Assembly: GCA_964527195.1 (NCBI GenBank)
Contig: CAZGOH010000001.1
Coordinates: forward strand, 9,505-73,504
Direction of reading: 5' to 3'
DNA length: 64,000 bases
DNA from: an uncultured Methyloversatilis sp.
Lineage (GTDB): Bacteria; Pseudomonadota; Gammaproteobacteria; Burkholderiales; Rhodocyclaceae
Each line of letters opens with the position of its first letter. The stretch's first letter is position 1. This document shows, piece by piece, positions 7,825-18,051 of the stretch. Made by a program: the position numbers and the translations under genes. The notes under the pieces were generated by a model that was given only the letters and a program-made list of their open reading frames with translations, was not told the origin of the DNA and searched no databases.

Positions 7825-10037
7825 GTGGCGGCGAAGTCGGTGATGCGCACCGCCTGGTCGGTGGTGCGCTGGGCGTTGGCGAAGCCGGGACGCAGGCTGC
7901 GCAAGGCGTCGGCGGCAGCGAAGTTGGCCGTGTCTTCCAGCAGGGGCGCGAAGTCGGCGGCGAGCTGGGTCATCGGGCGGGTGGTGTTTTGCATCGCGGC
8001 GATGCGGTTCGCCACCGCGGCGCTGTCCGCGAGCATCCAGACGCGCGTACGCAGTCGCGCGCCCGCCACGGTGGCGGGCAGCGGATCGAGTTCGACGCGC
8101 ACGTGGTAGAGGTAGCTGTCGCCGCCTTCCGTCGTCTTGCCGCGCAGGTCGCGAAAGGCCAGACCGGGCGAGGGGTACTGCGGATTGCGCGGCGGGGCGT
8201 CCGCCGCGGGCGAATTGGCGGGGAAGCCATGCACGTTGTCGTCGAAGCCGGGCTGGGTGACGCCGTCGGCGGCGTTTGCCGCCGTGTTCCCCCAGTAAAG
8301 GATCGCGACGTGCGAGTTGTAGCCGAGCCCGGCGCAACCGCTCCCCGTGGTGCCGCAGGGATCGTTGCGGCCGGCGTTCTGCGCGGTTTCGCCGCCACTG
8401 CCGGGAAAGCCGGTGTCGCGCGACTGGTCGAACTCGATGCCGATCTTTGGTGGCAGGATCGGCGGCGTGTGGGGGTTGATGCCGGAATAGCCCAGGTGGC
8501 TGCCGGCCGCGCCGCAGGCATTGGCGGTGTTGCGCTGCGCATCCGCCAGCACGAAAATGAAGCCGTTGGAGCCGACGTTGGTGCCGACCTGCCGAAAGCG
8601 GAAGCGGAAATAGATGCGCAGGCCGTCGCCGAGCGTGCGCGCCTCCGGCAGCCAGACGCAGCCATACAGGGCCGGCGCCAGCGCGTTGCCGAGCGTGCCG
8701 GTGACGACGTTTTCGCGGCCCAGTACCAGCGTCCGCGTCGTCGCGTCGTAGGCGGCGAGTTGTTGCGTTTCGGCAAGTGCGGGCGAGGTCACGGCAACGA
8801 AGGGCGCGCCGGCCGGAATGCAGCGCACGATGTCCTGTTCCGGCGCCTGCGGCGGGGCGCGGTCGAAGCGCGCCGCGCCGGTAAAGGCGGCCGTCGCGGC
8901 GCCGAAGCCGGCACGGTTCGCGCCTTCCAGGAAATGGGTGGCATCGGCGCGTTCTGCGGGCGTGAAGCGGCGCTGATGCGCTGCGCGTTGCCCGGCGAAA
9001 AGAAGCGCGGCGGCACAGTCGTCACGGCCATTGACCGTGAAGCTGCCGGTCGGCCGGGCGAGAAACAACTGATCGCGGACATGGCTGAAATAGCCGCGTG
9101 GCGTCTGGCTGTCGTCGTAACAGGCATCTTCGGGCAGGCGATCCGCGTAACCCGGGGGAATCGTCTGGCCGGCCAGGCAGGCGACGATGCGGTCGAGCAG
9201 GGCGTCGATGTCGGTGCGGAAAGCCGCCGATGCGCGCAGCGCCGCGAAGAGACGATCGGCGCCGAGCGGCTGCGCCCGGTCGTTGGCGCCCGCGTTGCCA
9301 TGTATGTCGCCCGGTCCGGGCAGCGTGAACATCTTCCGCGCGCTCGTGGCGTCGGTCGCGGCGGTGGCGCCATGCGTGCCGCCGAGCCGGTTGGGTGCCT
9401 CCAGATAATTCGCCGCGTCGTAATTGCCGCCGCACAGGTTCGTTGCATCGCCGCCGCGCCGCCCGCGCTCCTGCCCGGGCAGGGGCGGCCCGGCGGAGAA
9501 CACGATGGCGATCGGCTGCGCATGCGGCGTTGCGGGGACGACGCCGGCGATGGCGAAATGTCCGGCGCTGTCCCAGTTCATCGGTGCGAGTCGTTGCTGG
9601 CGCTGGTGGCTGGCGGAAACCGCGTACCACAGACACTCGCCGTGGCCGTCGCGTAGCGGCGGCAGGCCGAGGGTGCGCCAGGGCAGGCGGCCGAGGACGG
9701 AAACGCCGAGGGCGTTGCCGGCGAAGTTGGCGGCGTCGCAGCCTTCGAGAGTGCAGCCCGTGTTGTTGTTGCGCGTGCTGCCGAGGTCGGGCAGCGGCAG
9801 GTAGCCATACACCCGGTCGGGCTGCCCCTGGGCGGCCTGTTCGTCGCGGTAGCGCAGGGCGTGGGCGACGAGCGCGTCGGCGGCCCGGGCGAGCGCGGCC
9901 TGGGTGCGACGTTCGCGCGCGGCGGCGACCGCTTCGGGCGAGAGCGCGGCAAGGGCGGCCGACAACGTCACGGCGACCAGCAGGACGAGCAGGGCCAGCA
10001 GTACCGCGCCACGGGAACGTCGCCGCCGTGTCGTCAT
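7800..10037 (-). CDS. Large pilus-associated protein with PilX-like N-terminus and L-type-lectin-like C-terminal domain
   Basis: RGAVLLALLVLL N-terminus; C-terminal NGFIFVLAD...LGYSG...IGIEFD pattern. Confidence 0.7.
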   Translation of the reverse strand: MTTRRRRSRGAVLLALLVLLVAVTLSAALAALSPEAVAAARERRTQAALARAADALVAHALRYRDEQAAQGQPDRVYGYLPLPDLGSTRNNNTGCTLEGCDAANFAGNALGVSVLGRLPWRTLGLPPLRDGHGECLWYAVSASHQRQQRLAPMNWDSAGHFAIAGVVPATPHAQPIAIVFSAGPPLPGQERGRRGGDATNLCGGNYDAANYLEAPNRLGGTHGATAATDATSARKMFTLPGPGDIHGNAGANDRAQPLGADRLFAALRASAAFRTDIDALLDRIVACLAGQTIPPGYADRLPEDACYDDSQTPRGYFSHVRDQLFLARPTGSFTVNGRDDCAAALLFAGQRAAHQRRFTPAERADATHFLEGANRAGFGAATAAFTGAARFDRAPPQAPEQDIVRCIPAGAPFVAVTSPALAETQQLAAYDATTRTLVLGRENVVTGTLGNALAPALYGCVWLPEARTLGDGLRIYFRFRFRQVGTNVGSNGFIFVLADAQRNTANACGAAGSHLGYSGINPHTPPILPPKIGIEFDQSRDTGFPGSGGETAQNAGRNDPCGTTGSGCAGLGYNSHVAILYWGNTAANAADGVTQPGFDDNVHGFPANSPAADAPPRNPQYPSPGLAFRDLRGKTTEGGDSYLYHVRVELDPLPATVAGARLRTRVWMLADSAAVANRIAAMQNTTRPMTQLAADFAPLLEDTANFAAADALRSLRPGFANAQRTTDQAVRITDFAATWQPALSP

Positions 10038-10047
10038 GGCCGACTTT
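10024..10047 (-). repeat. Degenerate motif copy spanning a start codon
   Basis: aaagtcggccatgacgacacggcg. Confidence 0.65.
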
Positions 10048-10330
10048 CGGGGGGAGCCGGCGCGTCGGCCAGCCGGGGGCGCCCGTCGATCCAGAGCGTC
10101 GCCGGGCCGGCGGAGCGCTTCACATAGCCTTCGAGGCGTCCCGTAGCTTCGGGTTTCGGCGGCGACTGCCGGGGGATGGGCGTGTCGGCACGGCGTGCGC
10201 GCTCGCGTTCGGTGCGCTCTTCCGGCGTCAGGAAAAGCCGGCCGAGCGGCGGCGTCGCGTTGGCGGTCGCAGGGAAGGATGCCTGGGCGAGTCCCAGAGC
10301 GAGGCAGGCGAATCGCAACCGGGGCTTCAT
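10034..10330 (-). CDS. Exported hypothetical protein of the pilus cluster
   Basis: MKPRLRFACLALGLAQA signal peptide; LGRLFLTPEER motif. Confidence 0.7.
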   Translation of the reverse strand: MKPRLRFACLALGLAQASFPATANATPPLGRLFLTPEERTERERARRADTPIPRQSPPKPEATGRLEGYVKRSAGPATLWIDGRPRLADAPAPPESRP

Positions 10331-10896
10331 GGCGATCCTCGCAGGAGAACCCAGTCGATTTCGCAGCGCGCCGCCAGATCGGCCGTCGCGGCGTCGGCCT
10401 GCCGTTCGATGCGGCAGCGGCGCGGAACCGCGAGCGCGCGGGTGCGCGCTTGCAGGTCGGCGAGCAGGCCGAGCAGGTCGTTCTCGTGCAACAGCGGCAG
10501 TTCGAGCGTCATCGGGCTGACGAAGAGGGCGGGGCCAGCGGCGTGACTGTCCGCATCGAGTGGGCGCGGCGCGGCGATGGCGAAGCTCAGGCCGAGCAGG
10601 CGGCGCTCGTCGCGGATGCCTTGAAGCACCTCCGCCCAGTCGCGCCGCTGTTCGTGCGTGGTTTCCGCCATGATTTGCCGGTAGTGCGCCAGCGTCGCCT
10701 CGCGGGCTGCGGCAGCGGTCTCGACTTGTGCCGTGTTTGCGTGCAGCGTTGCCAGTTCGCTGCGCGCCGCGTTCAGCGCCTGCGCGGCATCGCCGCGCCA
10801 GTGCAGAGCGAATGCCAGCAGGGATAGCGCGCCAAGCAGGGCGAATGTGGCGCGCCACAAGGCGGCGCGCGGGATGGGGGAGAAGCGGTCTGTCAT
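10327..10896 (-). CDS. PilO/GspM-like inner-membrane assembly protein
   Basis: One N-terminal TM helix, coiled coil, C-terminal beta domain; operon position. Confidence 0.65.
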   Translation of the reverse strand: MTDRFSPIPRAALWRATFALLGALSLLAFALHWRGDAAQALNAARSELATLHANTAQVETAAAAREATLAHYRQIMAETTHEQRRDWAEVLQGIRDERRLLGLSFAIAAPRPLDADSHAAGPALFVSPMTLELPLLHENDLLGLLADLQARTRALAVPRRCRIERQADAATADLAARCEIDWVLLRGSP

Positions 10897-10903
10897 CGCG
10901 GTT

Positions 10904-12400
10904 TCACGGCGCCTGTTCGAGTTCGAAGGCGAAGCGCGGCGCATCGCTCGCGGCAGGCGCGGCACCGTCGGCCAGAATGGCTTCGGTCAGGTCGCCCTGG
11001 GGGGCGTCGAGCAGGCGGGCGGATAGGTCCGGCGCGGCGGCGAAGTGGGCCATGAACCCGGCAATTGCCGCCCGCTGCGCGTCGGGATCGCCGTAAAGAC
11101 GCGTCGGCAGGCGTGCCGCGACATGCATGCGCGCCGGGCCTCGGGAGGGAGCGGTGGACGGGTGTCGGGCCGGTTCGACGAGTTCCCAGTCGATCGCCTC
11201 CACGGCGATATCGGGAAAGGCGTCGAGCCCGTGGCTCAGGCGGACCAGCAGCGGTGCCGGGCCGACGGCGCGCCGCTGTGCCTCGGTGTGGCGGGCGACG
11301 AGGCGTTCCGCCGCCCCGGCGGGGAGCAAAGGCGCGTGCGGTGACGGCGATCGCTGCAGGAGACGTTCCCGTGCGGCGACGATTTCCGGCTGGATTTGCG
11401 CGAGCGCGGCGCGTTGCGCCGGCACCTCGGCGAGCAGAACACCGGAGGCGGCGAGAGCGAGCAGGAGCACACCCGCGCCGAGCGTATCGAGCGTGCGGCG
11501 CGCACGGTTGCGGCGATGGCGGGCGCGCTCGGCCGGCGACGCGAATTGCTGCGCCGGCGCCTTGAGGGCGAGCAGGCGGCAGAGCAGGGCGTCGGCATGC
11601 GGGTCGTCGCGGCGCGGCGCGAGCCCGAACTGTCGCGCCGCCGCATGGAGGTCGGCGCAGGTAAAGACCAGCGATGCGTCGTCCGGACAGAGGGCGTGCA
11701 GTGCGGGCAGCCAGTCGGGATGGGCGAGCACGCGCACCGCCAGGGGCTGTTCGCGTTCGAGCAGGCGTTGCCCGGCCAGATGCTGGCGCATGCGTACGGT
11801 TTCGGCATGCAGGGTTTCCGCCGGGTGTGCGACAGCGTCGCTTGCGGAGGGTGCCAGGCGGGAGAAGCGCAATTGGCCGCCATGGAAATAGGCCTGGCGC
11901 CAGCCGGCACGCGTCGGCAGGCAAAGCAGCAGGTGTGCGGGGCAGGCCTTGGGCAGCAGATGGTCGAGGAGTTGCGGCACGGCGTAAATCCCGGCGAGGG
12001 CGACATCGGCGGCATGCAGGGTTTCCACCCAGGGCGCGAGGGCTTGCGGGCGGGTCAGCGCCATCAGCAGCAGGCTCTCGTCGTGGCGCACGCCCGGGTG
12101 GCGCCCCCGGGAAAGCGCCAGGGCATACGGCGTGCAGCGAAAGTGCTGGGCGAGTCGGCGCCGCACGATGGCGGTACGCGCGCTGCCCCGGCTGGCGGGA
12201 ATGCTTTCCGCGCGGAAATCCTCGTCGGGGAGGTTGACCAGCAGGTCGTACGTCGCCTCCGGCTCTGTGGCGAGATGATTGGCGAAGGCCGCGAGCCCGC
12301 CGGCGTCGGCGCTGAAAGTCGGCCCCGGCGACACGGCGTCGCAGGGATCCCGGAGGCCGGTTTCGTCGGCAGACAGCAGAAGGATGCGTCGCGTTGCCAC
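10904..12400 (-). CDS. PilM-PilN / GspL-like alignment protein
   Basis: Cytoplasmic N-terminal domain (LRFSRL), central TM helix, periplasmic tail; follows the F-family gene. Confidence 0.65.
   Translation of the reverse strand: MATRRILLLSADETGLRDPCDAVSPGPTFSADAGGLAAFANHLATEPEATYDLLVNLPDEDFRAESIPASRGSARTAIVRRRLAQHFRCTPYALALSRGRHPGVRHDESLLLMALTRPQALAPWVETLHAADVALAGIYAVPQLLDHLLPKACPAHLLLCLPTRAGWRQAYFHGGQLRFSRLAPSASDAVAHPAETLHAETVRMRQHLAGQRLLEREQPLAVRVLAHPDWLPALHALCPDDASLVFTCADLHAAARQFGLAPRRDDPHADALLCRLLALKAPAQQFASPAERARHRRNRARRTLDTLGAGVLLLALAASGVLLAEVPAQRAALAQIQPEIVAARERLLQRSPSPHAPLLPAGAAERLVARHTEAQRRAVGPAPLLVRLSHGLDAFPDIAVEAIDWELVEPARHPSTAPSRGPARMHVAARLPTRLYGDPDAQRAAIAGFMAHFAAAPDLSARLLDAPQGDLTEAILADGAAPAASDAPRFAFELEQAP
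12315..12338 (+). repeat. 24-bp motif copy (antisense, AVSPGPTF)
   Basis: aaagtcggccccggcgacacggcg. Confidence 0.85.
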
Positions 12401-12409
12401 GGCGTGCGT

Positions 12410-13603
12410 TCAGTAGGCCAGACCGGCGATGGTGTCGTAGATCGGGCCGAGCACCGCCAGCATGAGCCAGCCGAGCAGCAGGCCGAGCACCACCGTGGCG
12501 ACCGGCTCGATGGCCGCCTGCATGCGGGCGACGGATTCCCGTACGTCGCGGTCGTAGAAATAGCCGACATGCGCGAGCGCGTCATCGAGCCGACCGGTGT
12601 TTTCGCCGACGCGCAGCATGCGCACGACGAGCGGCGGAAACAGGCCGGCGGCGGCAAAGGCGGCGGCGATGCCCTGCCCCTCGCCGATGGCGCGTTCGAC
12701 CTGCGCCAGCGCCGCCTCGATGGCGCGATTGCCGACGGTGCCCCGGGTGGCCCGCACGGCGTCGAGAACCGCGATCCCGGCGGCGTACATCATGGCGAAC
12801 ACGCCGGCGAAGCGCGCGAGGACGATTTTGCGGTGGATCGGCCCGACCCAGGGCAGGTCGAGGCGGAGCAGATCGAAACGGTCGCGGGCGCGCGAACTGT
12901 GGCGCAGCGTGAGGATAGCGGCGGCGCACAGCAGCAGCGGCAGACCGAAGACGACGTGCGGGTAGTCGGCGAGAAAGCGCGAGATGCCGAGCAGGAAGCG
13001 GGTGTGTGCGGGTAGTTCCTGTCCGAGATTGCCGAGGAAGCCGACCATGCGCGGCACGAGATAGAGCAGCATGAACAGGGCGACGAGCCCGACCGTGCCG
13101 AACAGGAACAGCGGATAAACGAGCAGCCGGCGCGTCTGCGCCGCGAGTTCGTCTTGCCACTTGAGCGTGTCGCCCAGCTTGCGCAGGATCGCCGGCAACG
13201 TGCCGGCGTTTTCCCCGGCGCGCACCAGGCCGACGAAGATGGTGTCGAAGCTGCGCGGGTGGGCGGCCAGCGCAGCGGACAGCGTCGCGCCGCCGCTCAC
13301 GCTATCGAGCACGGCGGCCAGCACGGTACGCAGGCGCGGATTCTCGGCGCTGTCGCGCAAGTCGGCGAGCGCATCGACGATCGGCACGCCGGCCTGCACC
13401 AGTTGTTCGAGGTGAAAGCACAAGGCGATCAGGTCGCGGCGGGTCAGCGCCGTGCCGGTATCCGGGCGGGCCGGTCTGCCGTCGATGAGATCGAGCCCGC
13501 TGCGTTGCAGGCGCGCCTCGAGGTCGAGGAGGTTCTGCGCCTCCATGCGGCCGCGCAGCGTGCGTCCGGCGGTATCCACGGCTTTGTAGGCGTAGTGCGG
13601 CAT
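12410..13603 (-). CDS. Type II secretion F-family platform protein (PilC/GspF/MshG)
   Basis: YAYKAVD, VRAGENAGTL, MLRVGENTGRLD, IEPVAT motifs. Confidence 0.93.
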   Translation of the reverse strand: MPHYAYKAVDTAGRTLRGRMEAQNLLDLEARLQRSGLDLIDGRPARPDTGTALTRRDLIALCFHLEQLVQAGVPIVDALADLRDSAENPRLRTVLAAVLDSVSGGATLSAALAAHPRSFDTIFVGLVRAGENAGTLPAILRKLGDTLKWQDELAAQTRRLLVYPLFLFGTVGLVALFMLLYLVPRMVGFLGNLGQELPAHTRFLLGISRFLADYPHVVFGLPLLLCAAAILTLRHSSRARDRFDLLRLDLPWVGPIHRKIVLARFAGVFAMMYAAGIAVLDAVRATRGTVGNRAIEAALAQVERAIGEGQGIAAAFAAAGLFPPLVVRMLRVGENTGRLDDALAHVGYFYDRDVRESVARMQAAIEPVATVVLGLLLGWLMLAVLGPIYDTIAGLAY

Positions 13604-13610
13604 GTGCGCG

Positions 13611-15320
13611 TCAGGCGGCGGGCAGGACGCGCTTGCCGAGATCGGCCACGCGGGCGACTTCTTCCAGCGTGGTGACGCCGGCGGCGACGCGCCGCAAGCC
13701 GTCTTCGGCCAAAGTGCGAAAACCGCCGCGCCGGGCGGCGGCGCGCAGTTCGCGCAAGGTGGCGCGGCGCGCCACCAGTTCTTCGAGTTCCTCGTTCATG
13801 CGCAGGATTTCCATCAGGGCGAGACGGCCGCGATAGCCGCGCTGCTCGCAGCGCGGGCAGCCGGCGGCACGGTGGAGGGTTTCGGGCACGGCCTGCCCGA
13901 GCGCCGCGAAGCTCTCCCGGGCACGCGCGTCGGGCGGGGCGGGCGCGCGGCAATGGACGCACAGGCGCCGGATCAGGCGCTGAGCGACGATGCCGACGAT
14001 GTTGCCGGCGAGGATGTCCGCCGGCACGCCGATTTCGAGCAGACGAGGGAGGGCGCCCGGCGCGGAGTTGGCGTGCAGCGTCGAGAACACCTGGTGGCCG
14101 GTCATCGCGGCGCGGAAGGCCATCGTTGCCGTGTCGGCGTCGCGGATCTCGCCGACCAGGATCACGTCCGGATCCTGGCGCATCATCGAGCGGATGCCGT
14201 TGGCGAAATCGAGCCGGCCCGCCTCGGCGACGGCGGTCTGGCGGATCAGGGCCAGCGGATATTCGACCGGGTCTTCGAGCGTCATGATGTTGATGCGCTC
14301 GTCGTTGATGTGGTTGAGCAGCGAGTAAAGGGTGGTGGTCTTGCCGCTGCCGGTCGGTCCGGTGACGAGGATGATGCCTTCGGGACGCGTCAGCAGGTGC
14401 AGCAGGATTTCCTTCTGGTCCTCGTCCAGCCCAAGATGGTCGAGCGGCACGATGCCCTTGCCGCGGTCGAGGATGCGCAGCACGATGTTTTCGCCGTGCA
14501 GCGTGGGCTGGATCGCGCAGCGGAAGTCGACCGCGCGGCCGCCGATGTGCATCGAGAAGCGGCCGTCCTGCGGTGCGCGTGTTTCGGCGATGTTCATGCC
14601 GCCCATCACCTTGAGACGCACCGCCATCGCCGTCCAGCAGGATTTGTGCAGTGCGCGGATCTGCCGCAGCAGGCCGTCGATGCGGTAGCGGATGCGCAGG
14701 AAGCCGGCCTCGGGTTCGAAGTGGATGTCCGAGGCTTCGCGCTTGACGGCGTCGGCGAGCAGGGCGTCGACCAGCCGTACCATCGGTTGGCTGTATTCGT
14801 CGGCGCTGCCTGGCGTTGCGGGCTGTTCGGCCTCGCCGGTTTCCAGTTCGTGCAGGATGCCGTCGATGGACAGCGCGTGACCATAGTGCTGGTCGATGCC
14901 GCGTGCGATTTCCGCCTCGCCGGCAAGCAGCGCCTCAACGTGCGTTCCCGGCGCCAGCAGGGAACGCAGCCGGTCGAGGGCGACGATGTCGTCCGGATGG
15001 GCGCATGCCACGCTGAACCGGCGCTCTGTCTCGTCATGCGCCAGGGGCAGCATGTGGTGACGGATGGCGAAGTCGCGCGGCACGCGTCGCAGGGCGGCCG
15101 GATCGATGGCGACGTGCGCCAGGTCGATCGCATTTCGGCCGAGCGCGCACCCGAGGGCGTCGCGCAGGGTCGCCTCGTCGACGAAGCCGAGGCCGACCAG
15201 CAGGCGGCCGAGCGGCTGGCTGTCGCGGGCCTGCTCGCGCAGCGCGATGCGCAACTGGTCGTCGCCGATGATGCCGCGCGCGATCAGCGCCTGGCCGAGG
15301 GGAGGTGCCGCCGCACTCAT
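13611..15320 (-). CDS. GspE/PulE/MshE-family assembly ATPase
   Basis: TGPTGSGKTT Walker A, RQDPDVILVGEIRD, TGHQVFSTLH, CPRC zinc motif. Confidence 0.95.
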   Translation of the reverse strand: MSAAAPPLGQALIARGIIGDDQLRIALREQARDSQPLGRLLVGLGFVDEATLRDALGCALGRNAIDLAHVAIDPAALRRVPRDFAIRHHMLPLAHDETERRFSVACAHPDDIVALDRLRSLLAPGTHVEALLAGEAEIARGIDQHYGHALSIDGILHELETGEAEQPATPGSADEYSQPMVRLVDALLADAVKREASDIHFEPEAGFLRIRYRIDGLLRQIRALHKSCWTAMAVRLKVMGGMNIAETRAPQDGRFSMHIGGRAVDFRCAIQPTLHGENIVLRILDRGKGIVPLDHLGLDEDQKEILLHLLTRPEGIILVTGPTGSGKTTTLYSLLNHINDERINIMTLEDPVEYPLALIRQTAVAEAGRLDFANGIRSMMRQDPDVILVGEIRDADTATMAFRAAMTGHQVFSTLHANSAPGALPRLLEIGVPADILAGNIVGIVAQRLIRRLCVHCRAPAPPDARARESFAALGQAVPETLHRAAGCPRCEQRGYRGRLALMEILRMNEELEELVARRATLRELRAAARRGGFRTLAEDGLRRVAAGVTTLEEVARVADLGKRVLPAA

Positions 15321-17110
15321 TTCTGCCTGAAGAACCCGGTATCCGGCAGCCGGTCGCGATAGGCGGAATAGTCGCCGCGCACACTGGCGCTGGCGATCAC
15401 CGTGGGGCGCAGGAAGATCACCAGTTCGGTCTTGCTGCTGCGGTCGCTGGTGTTTCGGAACAGCCGGCCGATCACCGGCAGGGCGGCGAGGCCGGGCGTC
15501 GTGTCGTCGAGCCTGCGCATTTCTTCCTGCATGAGGCCGCCCATGACGGCGATTTCGCCGCTGGCGATGCGCACGATCGATTCCATTTCGCGCGTCTGGA
15601 TTTTCGGCACGCGATTGATCACGCCGGCGCGGGCGAGTTCCGGGTTGGGGTCGTTGACGTAGCCGGTGACGCGCGTGATGGTCGGCCGGATGTTGATGGT
15701 CACTTCGTTCTCGGCGCTGATCTGCGGTGTCACGTTCATGACGAAACCGACGGTGAGGGAATTCGGCGTCGAGGTGTAGGTGGTGTGCGAGAGGCCGCCG
15801 CCGCTCGTCGTGGTGAGCGATTTCAGCGTGAAATACACCTCGTCCTCGGCCACCTTCAATGTCGCGGTCTGGTTGTTCATCACGCTCAGCTTGGGGCTGG
15901 AAAGCACCTTCACCGTGCCGAAGGATTCGAGCAGGCTGATTTCGACGGCCAGGCTGCCCAGGGCGGTAGCGGGGTTGGCGTAGGCGAGCGTGAAGAAATT
16001 GAGCGGATTGGCGCTCGGCAGCGGCGGCGAGGTGCCGGCCTGCTGGACGATGCGGAAGCCGCGGGCGCCGTTCCGCAGCGCCGACCAGTCGATGCCCTGC
16101 TGGTATTCGTTGCTGAGATTGACCTCGACGACGGTGGCTTCGATCAGAACCTGCCGTTTCGCCGTGTCCATCACCAGATCGAGAAAGCGGCGGATCTTGT
16201 CGTGCTGGCGCCGGGTGGCGCGGACGATCAGCACGCCGGTCTCCTTGTTGGCGAACACCGAGGCGGAAGGCTCGAATTCGCCGATCTTGCGCCGCGCGGC
16301 GGCGCGGGTATCGACCTGCTGGTCGCCGCTGCCGGTGACGCCCGGCCCGGTCGCCTCGGCGGCGCCGTCGGGCTGGCGCACGCGGCCGCCGGCGGACAGC
16401 GCCGCATGGCCCGAGCCTGCCGCGACGACCTGCGCCGCCACTTCCGTTTCGATGCTGGCACGGTAGCGGAGGCGGTCTTCCTCGCGCAACATGTCGGCGA
16501 CGTTGGCGATCAGACTTTCCATCAGGTCGTTGCGCGTGTCGCTGCGCACGGTGGTCGAGGCCGAGTTGCCGTCGGCGCCGTTCGGCGCTTCCCCCACCGC
16601 GTTGGCGATCTGGGTGGCGGTGGCGATTTCGCTTTTCACCACGCGCGTCATGTTGGGGAAATCGATGCGGTAGGTTTCCAGGTAGGGCCTGTCGGGCATG
16701 ATCGCCAGATTTGATCCGTCCAGATCCCAGCGGATGTCGATCTGGCGGGCGATGCGGTCGAGCAGGCGCGGCAGGCTGGCGTCGACGGCGTTGAGGGTTA
16801 CCTGGCCGGTGATGCCCGGGTGCACGTCGATGTTGAGCCGCGCATCGCGCGCGAGCGCGAACAGCAGCTCGCGCGCCGGCACGTTATCGACCACGACGCT
16901 GTAGGTTTCCGCCGGAACGGACAACGGTTGTTCCGGTCGCGCGGGCGCCGTCATGGTGCGGGGCGGTGGCACGGCTTCCGGCGCCGTCCTATCGATGCCG
17001 ACTTTCGCGTCGGATTGGCGCAGATGGCTGCCGACAGGGGCGCCGGGCGGCGCATGGCTGCAAGCCGCGAGTGCCGATACGGCGAGCGCCAGTAGAATGT
17101 GAAATTGCAT
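15317..17110 (-). CDS. Lipoprotein secretin (MshL/GspD-like)
   Basis: Lipobox LAAC; QVLIEATVVEV, LSSPKLSVMNNQ, KTELVIFLRP. Confidence 0.92.
   Translation of the reverse strand: MQFHILLALAVSALAACSHAPPGAPVGSHLRQSDAKVGIDRTAPEAVPPPRTMTAPARPEQPLSVPAETYSVVVDNVPARELLFALARDARLNIDVHPGITGQVTLNAVDASLPRLLDRIARQIDIRWDLDGSNLAIMPDRPYLETYRIDFPNMTRVVKSEIATATQIANAVGEAPNGADGNSASTTVRSDTRNDLMESLIANVADMLREEDRLRYRASIETEVAAQVVAAGSGHAALSAGGRVRQPDGAAEATGPGVTGSGDQQVDTRAAARRKIGEFEPSASVFANKETGVLIVRATRRQHDKIRRFLDLVMDTAKRQVLIEATVVEVNLSNEYQQGIDWSALRNGARGFRIVQQAGTSPPLPSANPLNFFTLAYANPATALGSLAVEISLLESFGTVKVLSSPKLSVMNNQTATLKVAEDEVYFTLKSLTTTSGGGLSHTTYTSTPNSLTVGFVMNVTPQISAENEVTINIRPTITRVTGYVNDPNPELARAGVINRVPKIQTREMESIVRIASGEIAVMGGLMQEEMRRLDDTTPGLAALPVIGRLFRNTSDRSSKTELVIFLRPTVIASASVRGDYSAYRDRLPDTGFFRQK
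16982..17005 (-). repeat. Degenerate motif copy (secretin, KVGIDRTA)
   Basis: aaagtcggcatcgataggacggcg. Confidence 0.65.
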
Positions 17111-17223
17111 ATGGAATTAATCATAACACATAAAAAGATGCCGTCACAATGTCGCCGGCATGAAAAAAAAGCGCGGATATAATCGACGCTCTGTAATCTG
17201 CTCAACGCATCCGAGTTCCGCCC

Positions 17224-18051
17224 GTGCCCGCCGATCCCCTGGTCGAGATTCGCGACCTCAATTTTTCCTACGACAGCCGCCCTGTCCTCACCGGCATCAA
17301 CATGACCATTCCGCGCGGTAAGGTCGTCGCCATCATGGGGCAAAGCGGCTGCGGCAAAACCACCACGCTGCGGCTCATCGGCGGCCAGTTGCGTGCTTCC
17401 GCCGGCACTCTGCGCGTGCTCGGCGAGGACATGACGCGTCTGGACGACGACGGCCTTTACCGTCTGCGCCGGCGCATGGGCATGCTGTTCCAGTTCGGGG
17501 CGCTCTTCACCGACATGTCGGTTTTCGACAACGTCGCGTTCCAGATGCGCGAACACACCGATCTCTCGGAGGCGATGATCAGCGATCTGGTGATGCTGAA
17601 ATTGCATGCGGTCGGCCTGCGTGGCGCGCACCGCCTGATGCCCGCCGAGCTTTCCGGCGGCATGGCGCGCCGCGTCGCCCTGGCGCGAGCGGTGGCGCTC
17701 GATCCGCGCCTGATTCTCTACGATGAGCCCTTCGCCGGCCTCGACCCGATCTCGCTGACGATCATCGGCGACCTGATCCGCACGCTGAACGACGCCTTGG
17801 GCGCGAGTTCCGTGATCGTCACGCACGACGTGCAGGAGTCGTTGAAAATCGTAGACTACGTCTATTTCGTATCCGAAGGAAAAATTGTGGCTGAAGGAAC
17901 CGCGGAGGAAATCAGGAACTCGACACTTCCCTACGTACACCAGTTCGTCTGGGGCGAGGCGGATGGTCCGGTGCCCTTCCAGTATCCGGCGCGCCCCTAT
18001 CGAGAGGAATTGATGGAGCAACCCGCCAAACCCCGGGGGTGGTGGTCATGA
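17224..18051 (+). CDS. mlaF: Mla ABC transporter ATP-binding subunit
   Basis: GQSGCGKTT, LSGGMARRVALARA, DEPFAGLDP; TATAAT at 17178-17183. Confidence 0.94.
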   Translation: MPADPLVEIRDLNFSYDSRPVLTGINMTIPRGKVVAIMGQSGCGKTTTLRLIGGQLRASAGTLRVLGEDMTRLDDDGLYRLRRRMGMLFQFGALFTDMSVFDNVAFQMREHTDLSEAMISDLVMLKLHAVGLRGAHRLMPAELSGGMARRVALARAVALDPRLILYDEPFAGLDPISLTIIGDLIRTLNDALGASSVIVTHDVQESLKIVDYVYFVSEGKIVAEGTAEEIRNSTLPYVHQFVWGEADGPVPFQYPARPYREELMEQPAKPRGWWS

